From: Bryobacterales bacterium
GTDB lineage: Bacteria; Acidobacteriota; Terriglobia; Bryobacterales; UBA6623
DNA length: 64,000 nucleotides
Direction: 5' to 3'
Assembly: GCA_963422375.2 (NCBI GenBank)
Contig: OY729427.2
Coordinates: 1,184,001-1,248,000 of the forward strand
A model generated the notes under the pieces. It ran no database searches. It saw nothing but the letters and a program-made list of their open reading frames with translations, and was not told where the DNA came from. This document shows positions 51,847 to 62,378 of the stretch, one piece after another. The position numbers and the translations under genes are program-made. The first letter of the stretch is position 1, and each line of letters starts with the position of its first letter.

Positions 51847-54800
51847 ATGGATCCCTTCGAGCCGATCCGTTCCAAGGCAGTGGCGCTTCATGAGGAGTTG
51901 CACTCCGAGGGCAAAGGCCCGTTGGATCCGCTCGCTCTTGTCGAAGCTGCCGCAAGACACTGCGATCTGGACCTTGTATGGCTGTCGCAGGGTGACCCGG
52001 CACTGCAGGGCGCGCGAGCTTTATACGACGACCAAGGCGGAACGATCTGCTGCGAGGAGGGAGGAGGTACGGCAACCCGTGCGCTACTCGTCGCGCACGA
52101 ACTTGGACATTCCGAACTTCACGCTGGCCCCGCGATTTGCGCCAGTTCCGACATTAATCCCTCGCGGAGCACCGAGACCGCGCCATTTGGCCTGCAGCGT
52201 GTCGAGGACTATGCTGCGCGCGCATGGCGTGAACTTCAAGCCAATGTCTATGTGCGCGAACTACTGTTCCCGCGCGCCTTTGCTCGAGAACTTCACCTCG
52301 AGAACAGCCTGACCGCTGCAGAGATCGCCGACCGAACGAAACTTCCGGGGGCGCTAGTTCGGCAACAGTTGTTCGATACGTTGCTCCTGCCGACCATGGT
52401 AGTCGAAGATGAGGCCACACCCGAGATGCCGCACGTACGCAGGCCCGATCCGTCCCAAGAGCGCACGGCAATCCACCGCGGCAGGCCCTTTCTGTTGCAA
52501 GCAGGGCCGGGAACCGGCAAGACACGAACCTTGGTGAGGCGCGTGCTCTCACTGCTGGCTGAAGGCACCGATCCGGCCGCGATCCTTATTCTTACATTCT
52601 CCAATCGTGCTGCCGGCGAACTGTCGGAGCGACTGACTGCGGCTGTCCCGGACGCTGCGCCCAAACTCTGGATCGGAACGTTCCATGCCTTCGGTTTCGA
52701 TCTCGTGCGGCACTACCACGACAAGCTCGAACTCGCGCCTGATCCCTCACTGTTTGACCGCAGCGACGCAATCGAAGTCCTCGAAGACATCTTTCCCACG
52801 CTGCGTTGGTTCATTACCGCAACCTCTGGGATCCGGTGATGGTGCTCATGGACATCGTTAATGCAATCTCTCGCGCAAAGGATGAAATGGTCGGGCCGGA
52901 GCGCTACCGAGTGCTGGTGAAAGCGATGGAGGCGGAAGCGGTCGGTCGCGATGAGGAGGCGCGGATTGCGGCTGCAAAGTGTCTTGAAATCGCGGATATC
53001 TACGACCTTTATGAAGAGGCACTACGCAAACATGGTGGTGTGGACTTTGGCGACCTGATCATGCGCCCCACCCAGTTACTGGAAGACGATAAAGCCGTTC
53101 GCATTGGCGTGCAGCTCCGCCATCGGCACGTACTCGTCGATGAATATCAGGACGTAAATCGGGCCAGAGCACGTCTTCTGAAGACGGTGGCAGGAAATAG
53201 CAAGCGGCTTTGGGTCGTCGGCGATGCGCGACAGTCGATCTATCGATTTCGTGGCTCTTCCTCCGAAAATATGGCTCGGTTCGGCTCCGATTACCCTGAT
53301 TCTGTAACGGATCATCTGGGCGTCAACTATCGCTCGACCGAGCAGATCGTGCATAGCTTTGTCGCGGTGGCACCGCATATTGGCGCGTCGAACGACATGC
53401 TGACCCTCGAGTTGGAGGCTAATCGGAGGAAAGGACCAAGCCGTCCCGAGATCCGCCGTTTCGAGACGCTGAATGAGGAAGCCGAGGGCGTGGCGGCGAG
53501 TATCCGTCAACTTGAAGAAGCGGGGGTGAGGCTCCGCGACCAGGCGATCCTGTGTCGGACCAACCGGCGGCTGAACGAGATTGCCTCGGCACTGGAGATG
53601 CGCGGCATCCCCGTCCTTCACCTTGGCAGCTTGTTTGAGCGGGAAGAGGTTCGTGACCTGCTAGCCGTGCTTAGCTTAGCCGTCGACCCATTCGGCGACG
53701 CATTGGTTAGGGTCGGCGCGATGCCGCGATACGGTCTGATGCTGCAGCATGTGCACAATGTAAGCCGCTTTCTGCGGTCCCTTCAAGAACCCGCATTGGC
53801 GGGACTTGCGAAGGCGGGGCAAGCACCCGGCCTGTCGACATCGGGGCGGAAAGGCATCAAGCGCCTTGCCGCCGATCTGAACGGCCTGTGCTCAAGCACC
53901 AACGCCTGGAAGTTTCTCGCCATCTTTCTCTTCGATCATACGGACGTGGCCAAGGAGTTGGGCTGTGCGACATCCGTAATGGAGTGCATGCGTGCTGCGG
54001 CAGTCTGGCAATTCCTCAATCTTGTGCGCGAGCAGAGTCCGGTGGGGATGGGACTTCCGATACAGCGCACCCTCGATCGAGTGCGGCAGCTGGTGCTGTT
54101 GCCAGAGGAGCGCGACCTGCGACAAGTTCCAGCCGCAGCATTGCATCTCGACGCCGTTCGGTTGATGACCGTCCACGGCAGCAAGGGACTTGAATTCGAG
54201 GCTGTGCACCTCCCTGGACTGACGGTCGCGAGTTTCCCAAGTTCCAACCGCGGCGAGCGTTGTCCGCCGCCTAGGGACATGATCGATGGATCTGGCAATG
54301 CCTCGCCAAGGGAGGTAGCGAAGCGCGCACATATTGACGAGGAGGAATGCCTGTTTTTCGTGGCGCTGTCGTGCGCCCGGACACACCTCCGTCTCTACCA
54401 TGCGCGAAAGCATTCCAATGGAAGCAATCGCTCCCCGTCGTCATTTCTGAACTGGCTCTCCGGCCGGTATGTCCACGAGATGATCAACCCTCTCAAGCTC
54501 TCGCTTCCCACAAACACCCTGCGGATGCAGCCGGTCGAAGTCAGTTGGCCCACGGATTGGGCGGTGACGGACAGCCGTCTGGGCTCTTACGAGAAATGTC
54601 CACGACGCTTCTTCTATACGCATGCTCTGGGACTGGGCGGCGCTCGGAAGTCTACAGCGTTCTCACGTACGCATGATTGCCTTTACGACTTCCTGCGCTG
54701 GCTTGCCGATGCCCGGCGCATGGGCGAACCTGACTTGGACGAGGCGGAAACCGCCTTCGACGCCATCTGGCAAACTCGCGGGCCGGCAGAGCATGCCCTC

Positions 54801-55280
54801 GCCGCCGATTACCGCAGGCTCGCGTTCCGGCTGATCGCGGCTTTGCTCAAGGCGGGGGCTGGGCAAAGTTTCCACGACGCGCAACCCCTTGCCATCGACT
54901 TTCCCAACGGACGCGTACTTGTGGAGCCCAATGAATTGGCGGAAATGTCCGATGGCACCGTCATCATCCGCCTGGTTCGTACGGGCTACAAGCGGAGCGA
55001 CGAATACGACAGGCTGGAATACACCCTTTATCACCTTGCGGCCCAGAGTCAGTTTGGCGGCAACGCCATTGTGCAGGCGTTGCACTTGACCGACGAAACG
55101 CATGAGCCCGTTGTGATCAGCGGGACCAAGCTCGGCAACCGATGGAAGAAGAGCGATACCATGTTGAGCGGTATCGCCTCCGGCGAGTTTCCGCCGAAGG
55201 TAGACGCTGTGACCTGTCCACGGTGCCCTTACTTCTTCATTTGCCCCTCCGTGCCTAACGGCACCTTGTGGCTCGACTGA
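51847..55280 (+). pseudogene. ImmA/IrrE metallopeptidase + UvrD/SF1A helicase + Fe-S PD-(D/E)XK-like domain; one frameshift near 52800
   Basis: VAHELGH (HExxH), AGPGTGKT, LTFSNRAA, VDEYQD, VGDARQSIYRFRG, NYRS, TVHGSKGLEF, CPRRFFY..CPRCPYFFIC. Confidence 0.88.
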
Positions 55281-55374
55281 TTTCGTACGGAGTAGCCTTT
55301 CCGGGTTCCTGCTCTGCTGGCGATCAAGCCCGGGATTCACGATGGCTGTAGATACGTGACTGCCCGTAAATTTA

Positions 55375-56891
55375 GGGAATTATATATCTGAGTGCCGACA
55401 ACGCCATATCCGACTAGAACTGCTGTGAGCAGGGAGGTGGGTGTCGAGCTGGGGTCATGCGAGTGCGGCCGCGGCGGGCACAGAGGGGTGGGGGGTGGGA
55501 TCGTATCTGAATCGAGCCTGCCAGCGGATTGGACGAGGAAGGGACTGGAGAGGCCGCCTCGCATGCCCCGGTTGCCCCGGTGGAACCGGGTTGGCGGTGG
55601 CAGGGCACCCCTTGCAAGCCGCTTGCAGGCCCTGCGAGGGCCGAAGACAGCGGATCCCCGGCGCTCGACGGCCTGCATGGACGGTCCGGACCGGACCGGG
55701 GTCGCGCCAGGGCATTGCGGATCCGGTGCGCCCCTCGTACCGAGCGTGAAGAGCGCGTCCGCAGCGGGCTGCCGCGCTCAGCGCGGCGGGCGCCGCTCAG
55801 GCCGCGACCGCGGCCTTGCCGGTCAACTGCCGGCAGGTCAGCGTCCGGCCGACCAAGCCCCGCGCCATGCGCCGTATCTGTTCCGCCGTGTCGCAGTCGC
55901 GGTCGTTGTACCGTCCCGCGAACTCCGTGAGGTAGCGGCCGAGATGACGGACGCTCATCCGGTGATAGGTTCCGTACAGGCCGCGCTTGAACAGGGACCG
56001 GAACGATTCGATGCCGTTCGTATGCGCCGCCCCGCGCACGTACTCGCCGCCGGAGTGCCTGACGGCTTCGTGCGCGAACTCCGCCATGCCGGCGTAGGCC
56101 GCCGCCTCGTCGGAGCGGACCTGCGCGCCCGGCGCGACCCGGCCGCGCACGAAGCCCTGCAGGTCGCCCTTGGCGGTGCCCGGCAGCGGCCGCGCGGCCG
56201 CTGCGTTCGTGGCGCGGTCCCGCGCCCCCGCCACGGGCGTCTTGCCGACGGGCCCGCGCCCGGCGCGGGCCTTCTTCCTCTCGTGCTTGTTGCGTTCCTT
56301 GCCGCCGACGTAGGTCTCGTCCACCTCCACCGGGCCGGCGAACGGGCCCTGATCCCGCTCCCGGCACGCGCGGATGCGGTGCGCCAGGTGCCAGGCCGAC
56401 TTCCGGCTGATGCCTAGGTCGCGGTGCAGCTTCATGCTCGAGACGCCCTTGATGCCGGTGGTCAGCAGGAACAGGGCGACGGCCCGGGTGCGGTAGCCGA
56501 GCTTGGTGTCGGCCATCACGCTGCCGGCGCGCACCGAAAAGCGCTTGCCGCAGCCGCGGCAACGGTACGGCATCGAAGGGTGGGCCGCGTCGGACTGCAC
56601 GCTGGAGCCGCGGCAGCGGGGGCACGCGGGACCGTCCGGCCAGCGCATGGAGGCGAACCACTTTTCCGCGGATTCGTCATCGGGGAACATGGCGATCACT
56701 TCGATCAATGTGATGCCTTTACGGAACCACTTTCCGGGACCTGATTTCTTCATTTACGACATCCCCTACTGGAACTATTCTACCAAGAAAAACCACAGAA
56801 TATCAACGGAAATTCGGAAGAAATATGAAATCTTATAATGGCTTGATAATTTGCCGACTTGATTCCCTCGGCACTCAGATATATAATTCCC
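55375..56891 (-). mobile_element. IS1595 copy C (1517 bp)
   Basis: Same TIRs as copy B, inverted. Confidence 0.95.
55797..56753 (-). CDS. IS1595 transposase
   Basis: Near-identical to 42694-43650. Confidence 0.93.
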   Translation of the reverse strand: MKKSGPGKWFRKGITLIEVIAMFPDDESAEKWFASMRWPDGPACPRCRGSSVQSDAAHPSMPYRCRGCGKRFSVRAGSVMADTKLGYRTRAVALFLLTTGIKGVSSMKLHRDLGISRKSAWHLAHRIRACRERDQGPFAGPVEVDETYVGGKERNKHERKKARAGRGPVGKTPVAGARDRATNAAAARPLPGTAKGDLQGFVRGRVAPGAQVRSDEAAAYAGMAEFAHEAVRHSGGEYVRGAAHTNGIESFRSLFKRGLYGTYHRMSVRHLGRYLTEFAGRYNDRDCDTAEQIRRMARGLVGRTLTCRQLTGKAAVAA

Positions 56892-57178
56892 ATATAATTC
56901 CCAATGAATACAGGGGGCTTCTGGTACGGCAGGTGTGACGGGGGCTGTGACACCCCCTGTGACACGGGACTCAGGGGCAGTCACAGGCTGTCACGGCATT
57001 CACGGCTCGATTTCCGGCTCCCGTGTCGTTCAGATGCCCGATGATCGGTTCTGTGATCCGGGTTGTCCAGCCGTTGCCAGGCGTCCCTACACCCTCTCGT
57101 CCGCGTGACCCCGTTCTGCCCGCCGTCTCTCCAGCAGCGGCCGTCCGGTAGCGCTTGGGATGCCGGCTGAACGGTTGC

Positions 57179-57499
57179 TCAGTCTCCGACCTCGCGTAGC
57201 TGGCCGGGCGACATCGCCGCCAGCGCCTTCAGGATGCTGTCGACGAGTGGCCGCAGGTGGACCATGCGGTTCGACGGCGCCCGGATGATCAGTATGCGCA
57301 GGCCGAGGCCGCTCAGGTTTTGCTGGTGGGGGAGACCTCGATCCATGCTCAACAGGGCATCGAAGTACTTGCCTGCTTGCCGGAGCAACGCGCCGTTCTT
57401 CGTTCCCGACCAACCCTCGGCTTGGACGCTGCTGACGTGATGTCCGGCCAGCTCCGGGGCGAGAGCCCGTGGTAGGTTCTCGTCAAGCAGAACGCGCAC
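57179..57499 (-). CDS. DUF5615 PIN-like toxin (VapC45-type)
   Basis: MRVLLDENLP, GWSG.KNG.LL, SMDRGL..QQNL. Confidence 0.88.
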   Translation of the reverse strand: MRVLLDENLPRALAPELAGHHVSSVQAEGWSGTKNGALLRQAGKYFDALLSMDRGLPHQQNLSGLGLRILIIRAPSNRMVHLRPLVDSILKALAAMSPGQLREVGD

Positions 57500-57719
57500 G
57501 GGCCAGAACGAAATCGCGCGCCAGATCCAGCGCAGCGAGCGCCTGTTCCTTCGACACCGAGGGGAACTGGTCGAGGAAATGGTCGAGCGTCTCTCCGCCT
57601 TCCAGGTAGTCGAAGAGAGACTGAACCGGCACTCGCGTGCCGCGAAAGACGGGCGTGCCGCCGGAGATTTCCGGGTCGCTGTGGACGACGGAGGGCGATT
57701 CAGCTCGCATCCGCTCCAT
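57483..57719 (-). CDS. DUF433 antitoxin (VapB45-type)
   Basis: DPEISGGTPVFRGTRVPV..L..G..FL..FP. Confidence 0.92.
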   Translation of the reverse strand: MERMRAESPSVVHSDPEISGGTPVFRGTRVPVQSLFDYLEGGETLDHFLDQFPSVSKEQALAALDLARDFVLARARSA

Positions 57720-57952
57720 AATAGTTCATCAGCCCGCCCGGCGCGGCAACTCCGCCATCGTGGCTCCGAGGCTCGTCGACCGGTGCGCCGGTTGGCGCTC
57801 CAGCCTTCGGCGAGCCCGCCGTATCTTCTGCCAGCCGGACTGCCAGCCGTTTCTGATGCGCTGAGCCGTTTTCTGACGTTTTCTGATGGGTTCTGCTCGC
57901 GATTTTCTCAATGAATACGGGATCTGTTGGACTTGCGGCGCGAAACTGAACC

Positions 57953-57992
57953 GATTACGAATCAGCTGCTCTACCAACTGAGCTACGCCGGC
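57953..57992 (-). pseudogene. 5' half of tRNA-Thr(CGU), probable att-site remnant
   Basis: GCCGGCGTAGCTCAGTTGGTAGAGCAGCTGATTCGTAATC, then no T-arm or 3' acceptor strand. Confidence 0.8.
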
Positions 57993-58176
57993 ATCCCTTT
58001 AGAATCAATGACTTGTGAGGTGGTGCGAGTTTCTGCCAGCCAAACGGTCTGCATCGGCCGGCACAGCGTGCGCTGAGGCAGCCGGGGCAAGCGCGACCGT
58101 GTCCTGATCCTCATCGTCACGATTCCTCTATTGTAGTCGGTTCCCGCCGACGGGCGCGACCCCCGCGCACCCGCCT

Positions 58177-58602
58177 TCACGCCTCGGCCACGACACGTAG
58201 GCGGCGGATGGCGTCGCGCTGCTTGGCAAGCGTCGGGGCGGCGTAAGTCCTCGTCGTCGTCGGGTCCGTGTGCCCGTACAGGTCCTGGATGTCCGCGAGG
58301 TCGGCCCCGGCGTGGCGCAGCCACGTGGCGAAAAAGTGGCGGATCTGATACACCGTGAACGGTTCGAGATTCGCCTTCCGGGCGGCCGTGCGGATGGCCT
58401 TGTTCGCACTCGGCGTCGACTAGGCGCCGAACGCCTCGCTGTCGATGAAGGCGTGTGCGGCCGTAGCCGCCTCGTCCACCAGGGGCACCGCGGCGAGTCG
58501 ACCGCGCTTCCCCCGCGGGACGGAAACGTACGGAATGGCGTCGTGAAGGTGGAAGTCCTCACGGGTCAGGCGTCCCATCTGTGACGGCCGCATTCCCGTC
58601 AA
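58177..58602 (-). pseudogene. Tyrosine recombinase catalytic-domain remnant
   Basis: TGMRPSQ, RGK, YQIRHFFATW, YGHTD..TT.TY; internal TAG at 58420. Confidence 0.85.
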
Positions 58603-58753
58603 CTATTTCATTTGCCATCAGCAGAAAACGGATTTCCTCCAGGCCTTGCAGGTCGATCAATATCTCCCTCAAATAATCCTCAATCTGCGGAGGCCGAGCG
58701 ATTCGAAATAGCGTCCTCTCATCAACACGGACTGCTGGTAGATCATCAAGCAT
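58603..58753 (-). pseudogene. Probable RES-family toxin N-terminus, truncated
   Basis: Overlaps the stop of the Xre/MbcA-like gene; assigned mainly from context. Confidence 0.4.
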
Positions 58754-59309
58754 AGTGACCCCCTGCAGCTAGTGATACGTAGGCTATAACGAGCTGAAAG
58801 TTCTCAATCTACCCTTCTAATAGAAGATCCATTGGCACATTATTTCCAAACACTTTATGTCTCTCTCAACCATTCGGTCTCGACACTTGTGTCTCGAAAA
58901 AGACCGTGGATGAGGGCTCGAATCACGACGAGAAATGCAACTCTCCTCTCAACACGTCTCGTCCATTGAATAGACGATCCATATATGAAGGATCCGTCTG
59001 GTCAAATCCGAAGATAGAACTTGTTTCTTCCCGTTCAATCTGCCAATCTCCGACGAGCCTTTTAATGAACTGGACGGGACCATTCAACCGACGAGTATAT
59101 GCCGATTGACTTGCATCTATTCTCTCCCCAGAAAATTTAAGACGCTCTAGCGTGCCAATACGTAACCTCAAGACATCGAATGAAGTTTGACTCTTTTTCT
59201 CCGACGCAAAAGACACCTTGTCATCAGGAACTTGGACAACTCGAAGCCGCGCGACTCGGTTGATATCCTGCAATTGTTGGGTCTGCACCAAGTCGTATTT
59301 GACTGTCAT
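58746..59309 (-). pseudogene. Xre/MbcA/ParS-type antitoxin, decayed
   Basis: C-terminal LF...EWLRE..FGNNVPMDLLLEG recovered across frameshifts and stops. Confidence 0.6.
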
Positions 59310-59438
59310 ACATTCACCCCACTGGCAGCGGCTTCAAGCGATATCAGGCAGTCCAAGCCGATACCTTGAAATGCTGATTCAAGCAACGTGGAAATTTGAA
59401 TGAGATGCTCGGAAATGCCCGATTTCAGCAATTCCCTT

Positions 59439-60489
59439 CCTGATTACCAACGAACTTCAGCCGAGGATATGCTATACTGAAGGAGGTCGTAAATCTCTGA
59501 TAGGAAAGGGGATAGCATCTGAAACGCAATCGCGTGCAATTGCAGAAGGGACTCAGCCTGGGGAAGTTCCTGCAGCGCTACGGCAGCGAGGGGCAATGCG
59601 AGCACGCCGTCTTCAAGTCCCGCTGGCCGGACGGCGGCCGGACGGCTTCCGCTGCCCGGAGTGCGGCTCCCGACGGCACTGCCGCATCCGCTCCCGCACG
59701 CTCTGGCAGTGCCATGCCTGCCACCGCCAGAGCTCCCTCGTCGCCGGCACGATCTTGGCCGGCACCAAGCTGCCGCTGACCGTCTGGTTCCTGGCGCTCC
59801 ACCTGCTGACGCAGGGCCAGCACGGCGTTTCGTCGCTGGAACTGGCACGGCAGCTGGGCGTCAGCCGGAATACCGCCTGGAAGGTGAAGCACAAGCTCCT
59901 GCAAGTGATGAAGGAGCGCGACGAGCGCGTGCCCCTGCGCGGCATCGTGCAGGTGGACGACGCTTACTGGGGCGGGGAGCGGACCGGCGGCAAGCGCGGG
60001 CGCGGCGGGCAAGACGCCGTTCGTGGCCGCCGTGCAGGTCACCGCCGACGGCAAGCCGGACAGGATGCGCATGAGCAGCGTGGCGGGCTTCCGCAAGAAG
60101 ACGCTGGCAGCGTGGGCCGGGCGGCACCTGCAGCCCGGCACGGAGGTGCATTCCGACGGCCCGGCCTGCTTCCGGGGCGTGGCCGGCGCCGGCTGCGAGC
60201 ACGTGCCGACCGTCACCGGAGGCGGGCAGCGGAGCTGCGCGGATTCCCGCTTCGTCCGGGTCAACGTCCGGGTCAGCACGATGCTGGCGAACGTCAAGCA
60301 GTCCCTGGCGGGAACCTGCCATTCGCTCGACGGCAAGCACCTGCCGCGCTACCTCGCCGAGTTCTGCTACCGCTTCAACCGCCGCTACGACCTGGAGGCG
60401 CTGGTCCCCCGCCTGCTCCACGCCTCCGTGCGCACCCCGCCCTTGCCTTACCGCCTCCTAACCTTGGCTGAGTCTTGTGGGTAATCAGG
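59439..60489 (+). mobile_element. IS1595-family element of a second lineage, frameshifted transposase
   Basis: TIRs CCTGATTACC..CAGCC / GGCTG..GGTAATCAGG; RWPDG, CPECG, VQVDDAY, SDG, YLAEFCYRFNRR; shifts near 59635 and 60005. Confidence 0.9.
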
Positions 60490-60523
60490 TAATCCTATAG
60501 CATCGTGTGAGCGTAGTCAACGG

Positions 60524-61531
60524 TTACGGGCGCGGACGAGTCCAGTCGAGCGTGGCAGGCGAGTCGCTGGTACGAAGTGCGCTGAGTCCCTCGGCGGCGT
60601 GGTAGGAACTGCGCACTAGCGCTCCGGACTCCACGTGCCGGAAGCCTAGGCACAAGCCGTAGTCGCGCAGGGCCGCGAACTCGTCGGGCGCATAGTAGCG
60701 TTGGATCGCCAGGTGGTCCGCCGACGGTCGGAGGTACTGTCCGATCGTGACGATGTCCACGAGGTGGTCCCGCAGATCCCGCAGCGTCGCATGAACCTCG
60801 TCAACGGTCTCGCCCAAACCCAGCATGATTCCGGACTTGGTTGGCAGGGAGGGCCGGGCCTGCTTGGCGTAGCGCAGCATTTCCAGCGAGCGGCGGTAGT
60901 CGGAGCCGACGCGGACGGTCCGGTACAACCTCGGGACAGTCTCTACGTTGTGGTTGAGGACATCCGGCCCAGCCTCCGCCACCGTATCCATGGCGGCTCG
61001 GGAGCCTCGGAAGTCCGGCACGAGCACTTCGACGCTGCAATCCGGCAGCCGGTCTCGAATGGCCCGGACGGTCATGGCGAACAGCTCCGCGCCGCCGTCG
61101 GACCGGTCGTCCCGGTTGACGCTGGTTACCACCGCGTGGCGCAGGCCCATCCGATCCACGGCGTCCGCAACCCGGCGCGGCTCGTCGTAGTCGACCGCGT
61201 GCGGGGGGCCCTTCTGGACAGCGCAGAACCCGCAGCGGCGAGTGCATACGTTGCCCAGAATCATGAACGTGGCGCTGAGGCGGTTCCAGCAGTCGCCGAT
61301 GTTGGGGCAGGCGGCGCTCTCGCAGACCGTATGCAGGCGCAGGTCCGCCACCAAGCGCTTCAAGCTGCGATAGTTCGGGCCCGCCGCGGCTGGGGCCAGC
61401 AGCCAGCGGGGACGCGGCCCGGCCGGATTGGCCAGCGGCCGCGCATGCGCCGGCACCATCGGCTTCGCACGCAAGGCGTCCATTGGGACGAAGCTGCTCA
61501 CCGCAAGGGTTCCGACGCGGTGCGCCGACAT
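60524..61531 (-). CDS. lipA: Lipoyl synthase (start uncertain)
   Basis: CESAACPNIGDC, CTRRCGFC, NHNVETV, GQYLRP, VRSSY. Confidence 0.96.
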   Translation of the reverse strand: MSAHRVGTLAVSSFVPMDALRAKPMVPAHARPLANPAGPRPRWLLAPAAAGPNYRSLKRLVADLRLHTVCESAACPNIGDCWNRLSATFMILGNVCTRRCGFCAVQKGPPHAVDYDEPRRVADAVDRMGLRHAVVTSVNRDDRSDGGAELFAMTVRAIRDRLPDCSVEVLVPDFRGSRAAMDTVAEAGPDVLNHNVETVPRLYRTVRVGSDYRRSLEMLRYAKQARPSLPTKSGIMLGLGETVDEVHATLRDLRDHLVDIVTIGQYLRPSADHLAIQRYYAPDEFAALRDYGLCLGFRHVESGALVRSSYHAAEGLSALRTSDSPATLDWTRPRP

Positions 61532-61588
61532 GCCCGTCGGCGCACCGTCACAGCCCTATCCTACCAGCGGGCCGCCGGCAGGGGCGAG

Positions 61589-62233
61589 CTAGTCCTCGCT
61601 GGCGAGGTACCGATGCACGCCGGCCGCCAGCAGCCCCCCGACCGGGCACGCCACGAAGTAGATCCAGAGCGAGGACAGCGCCGTCGGAGCGTCGCTAAAC
61701 AGCGCCGGGCCCAAGGATCGCGCCGGATTGAGCGAGGCTCCAGTAAGCGGACCGCCCATCGCGATGCAGGCGGTGAGAGTCAAGCCGATGGCAATCGGCG
61801 CGAGATTGCCGGCCTTGTTGCTGACGGCTGCGTGGTAAATCGAGTTGACGAGCAGGAACGTCAGGATGACTTCGAGCAGGAAGGCCTGCCCCGTTCCGAC
61901 GTCCGCCGCCGGAACGGTCGCGCCCATCGAGCCGCTCCCGCCGACCACGAAGCTGAGCGCCGAGGCACCGACGATGCCGCCAATGAGCTGCACCACGATG
62001 TACCCGATCGCCTCGCCGACCTTGATCTGGCCGCCTGCAAGCAGTCCGATTGTGACGGCCGGGTTGATATGGGTACCGGAAACGTTGCCGTAGGCGTAGG
62101 CGAACGCCATCACGACCAGACCGTGCGCCAGAGCCACGGCGACGAGATTCCCGCTGACCGCCGCTGCGCCGGCCCCGATGAAGATCAGTGCGAAAGTGCC
62201 GATGAACTCAGCGACCAGTTTCTTGCCCTGCAT
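61589..62233 (-). CDS. MIP family channel (aquaporin)
   Basis: AEFIGT, SGTHINPAVT, GASLNPARS. Confidence 0.94.
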   Translation of the reverse strand: MQGKKLVAEFIGTFALIFIGAGAAAVSGNLVAVALAHGLVVMAFAYAYGNVSGTHINPAVTIGLLAGGQIKVGEAIGYIVVQLIGGIVGASALSFVVGGSGSMGATVPAADVGTGQAFLLEVILTFLLVNSIYHAAVSNKAGNLAPIAIGLTLTACIAMGGPLTGASLNPARSLGPALFSDAPTALSSLWIYFVACPVGGLLAAGVHRYLASED

Positions 62234-62378
62234 GGGACTTGCCCTCCTCGCGCCCCGACCCGTGCGGGGCATGACAGACGCAAGATTGTATCACCGACCG
62301 GAGGCCTTCCGACAAGCGTTCCGTATACTGCGACTGAGAGCGGGCCGGTGTGGCCGGGCATCGGGCCGGCATGACGGA

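Larger units (their letters stand above)
42556..56891. mobile_element. Composite transposon bounded by inverted IS1595 copies B and C
   Basis: ATATAATT at 42548-42555 and again at 56892-56899; the inner flanks do not match. Confidence 0.8.

Noticed and set aside
57915..57992. Functional tRNA-Thr
   Set aside because: No T-arm or 3' acceptor strand follows the anticodon loop.
898..59309. Amber read-through or recoding to explain in-frame TAGs
   Set aside because: Core genes end at TAG at normal C-termini, and the affected genes also carry frameshifts, truncations or TGA stops.
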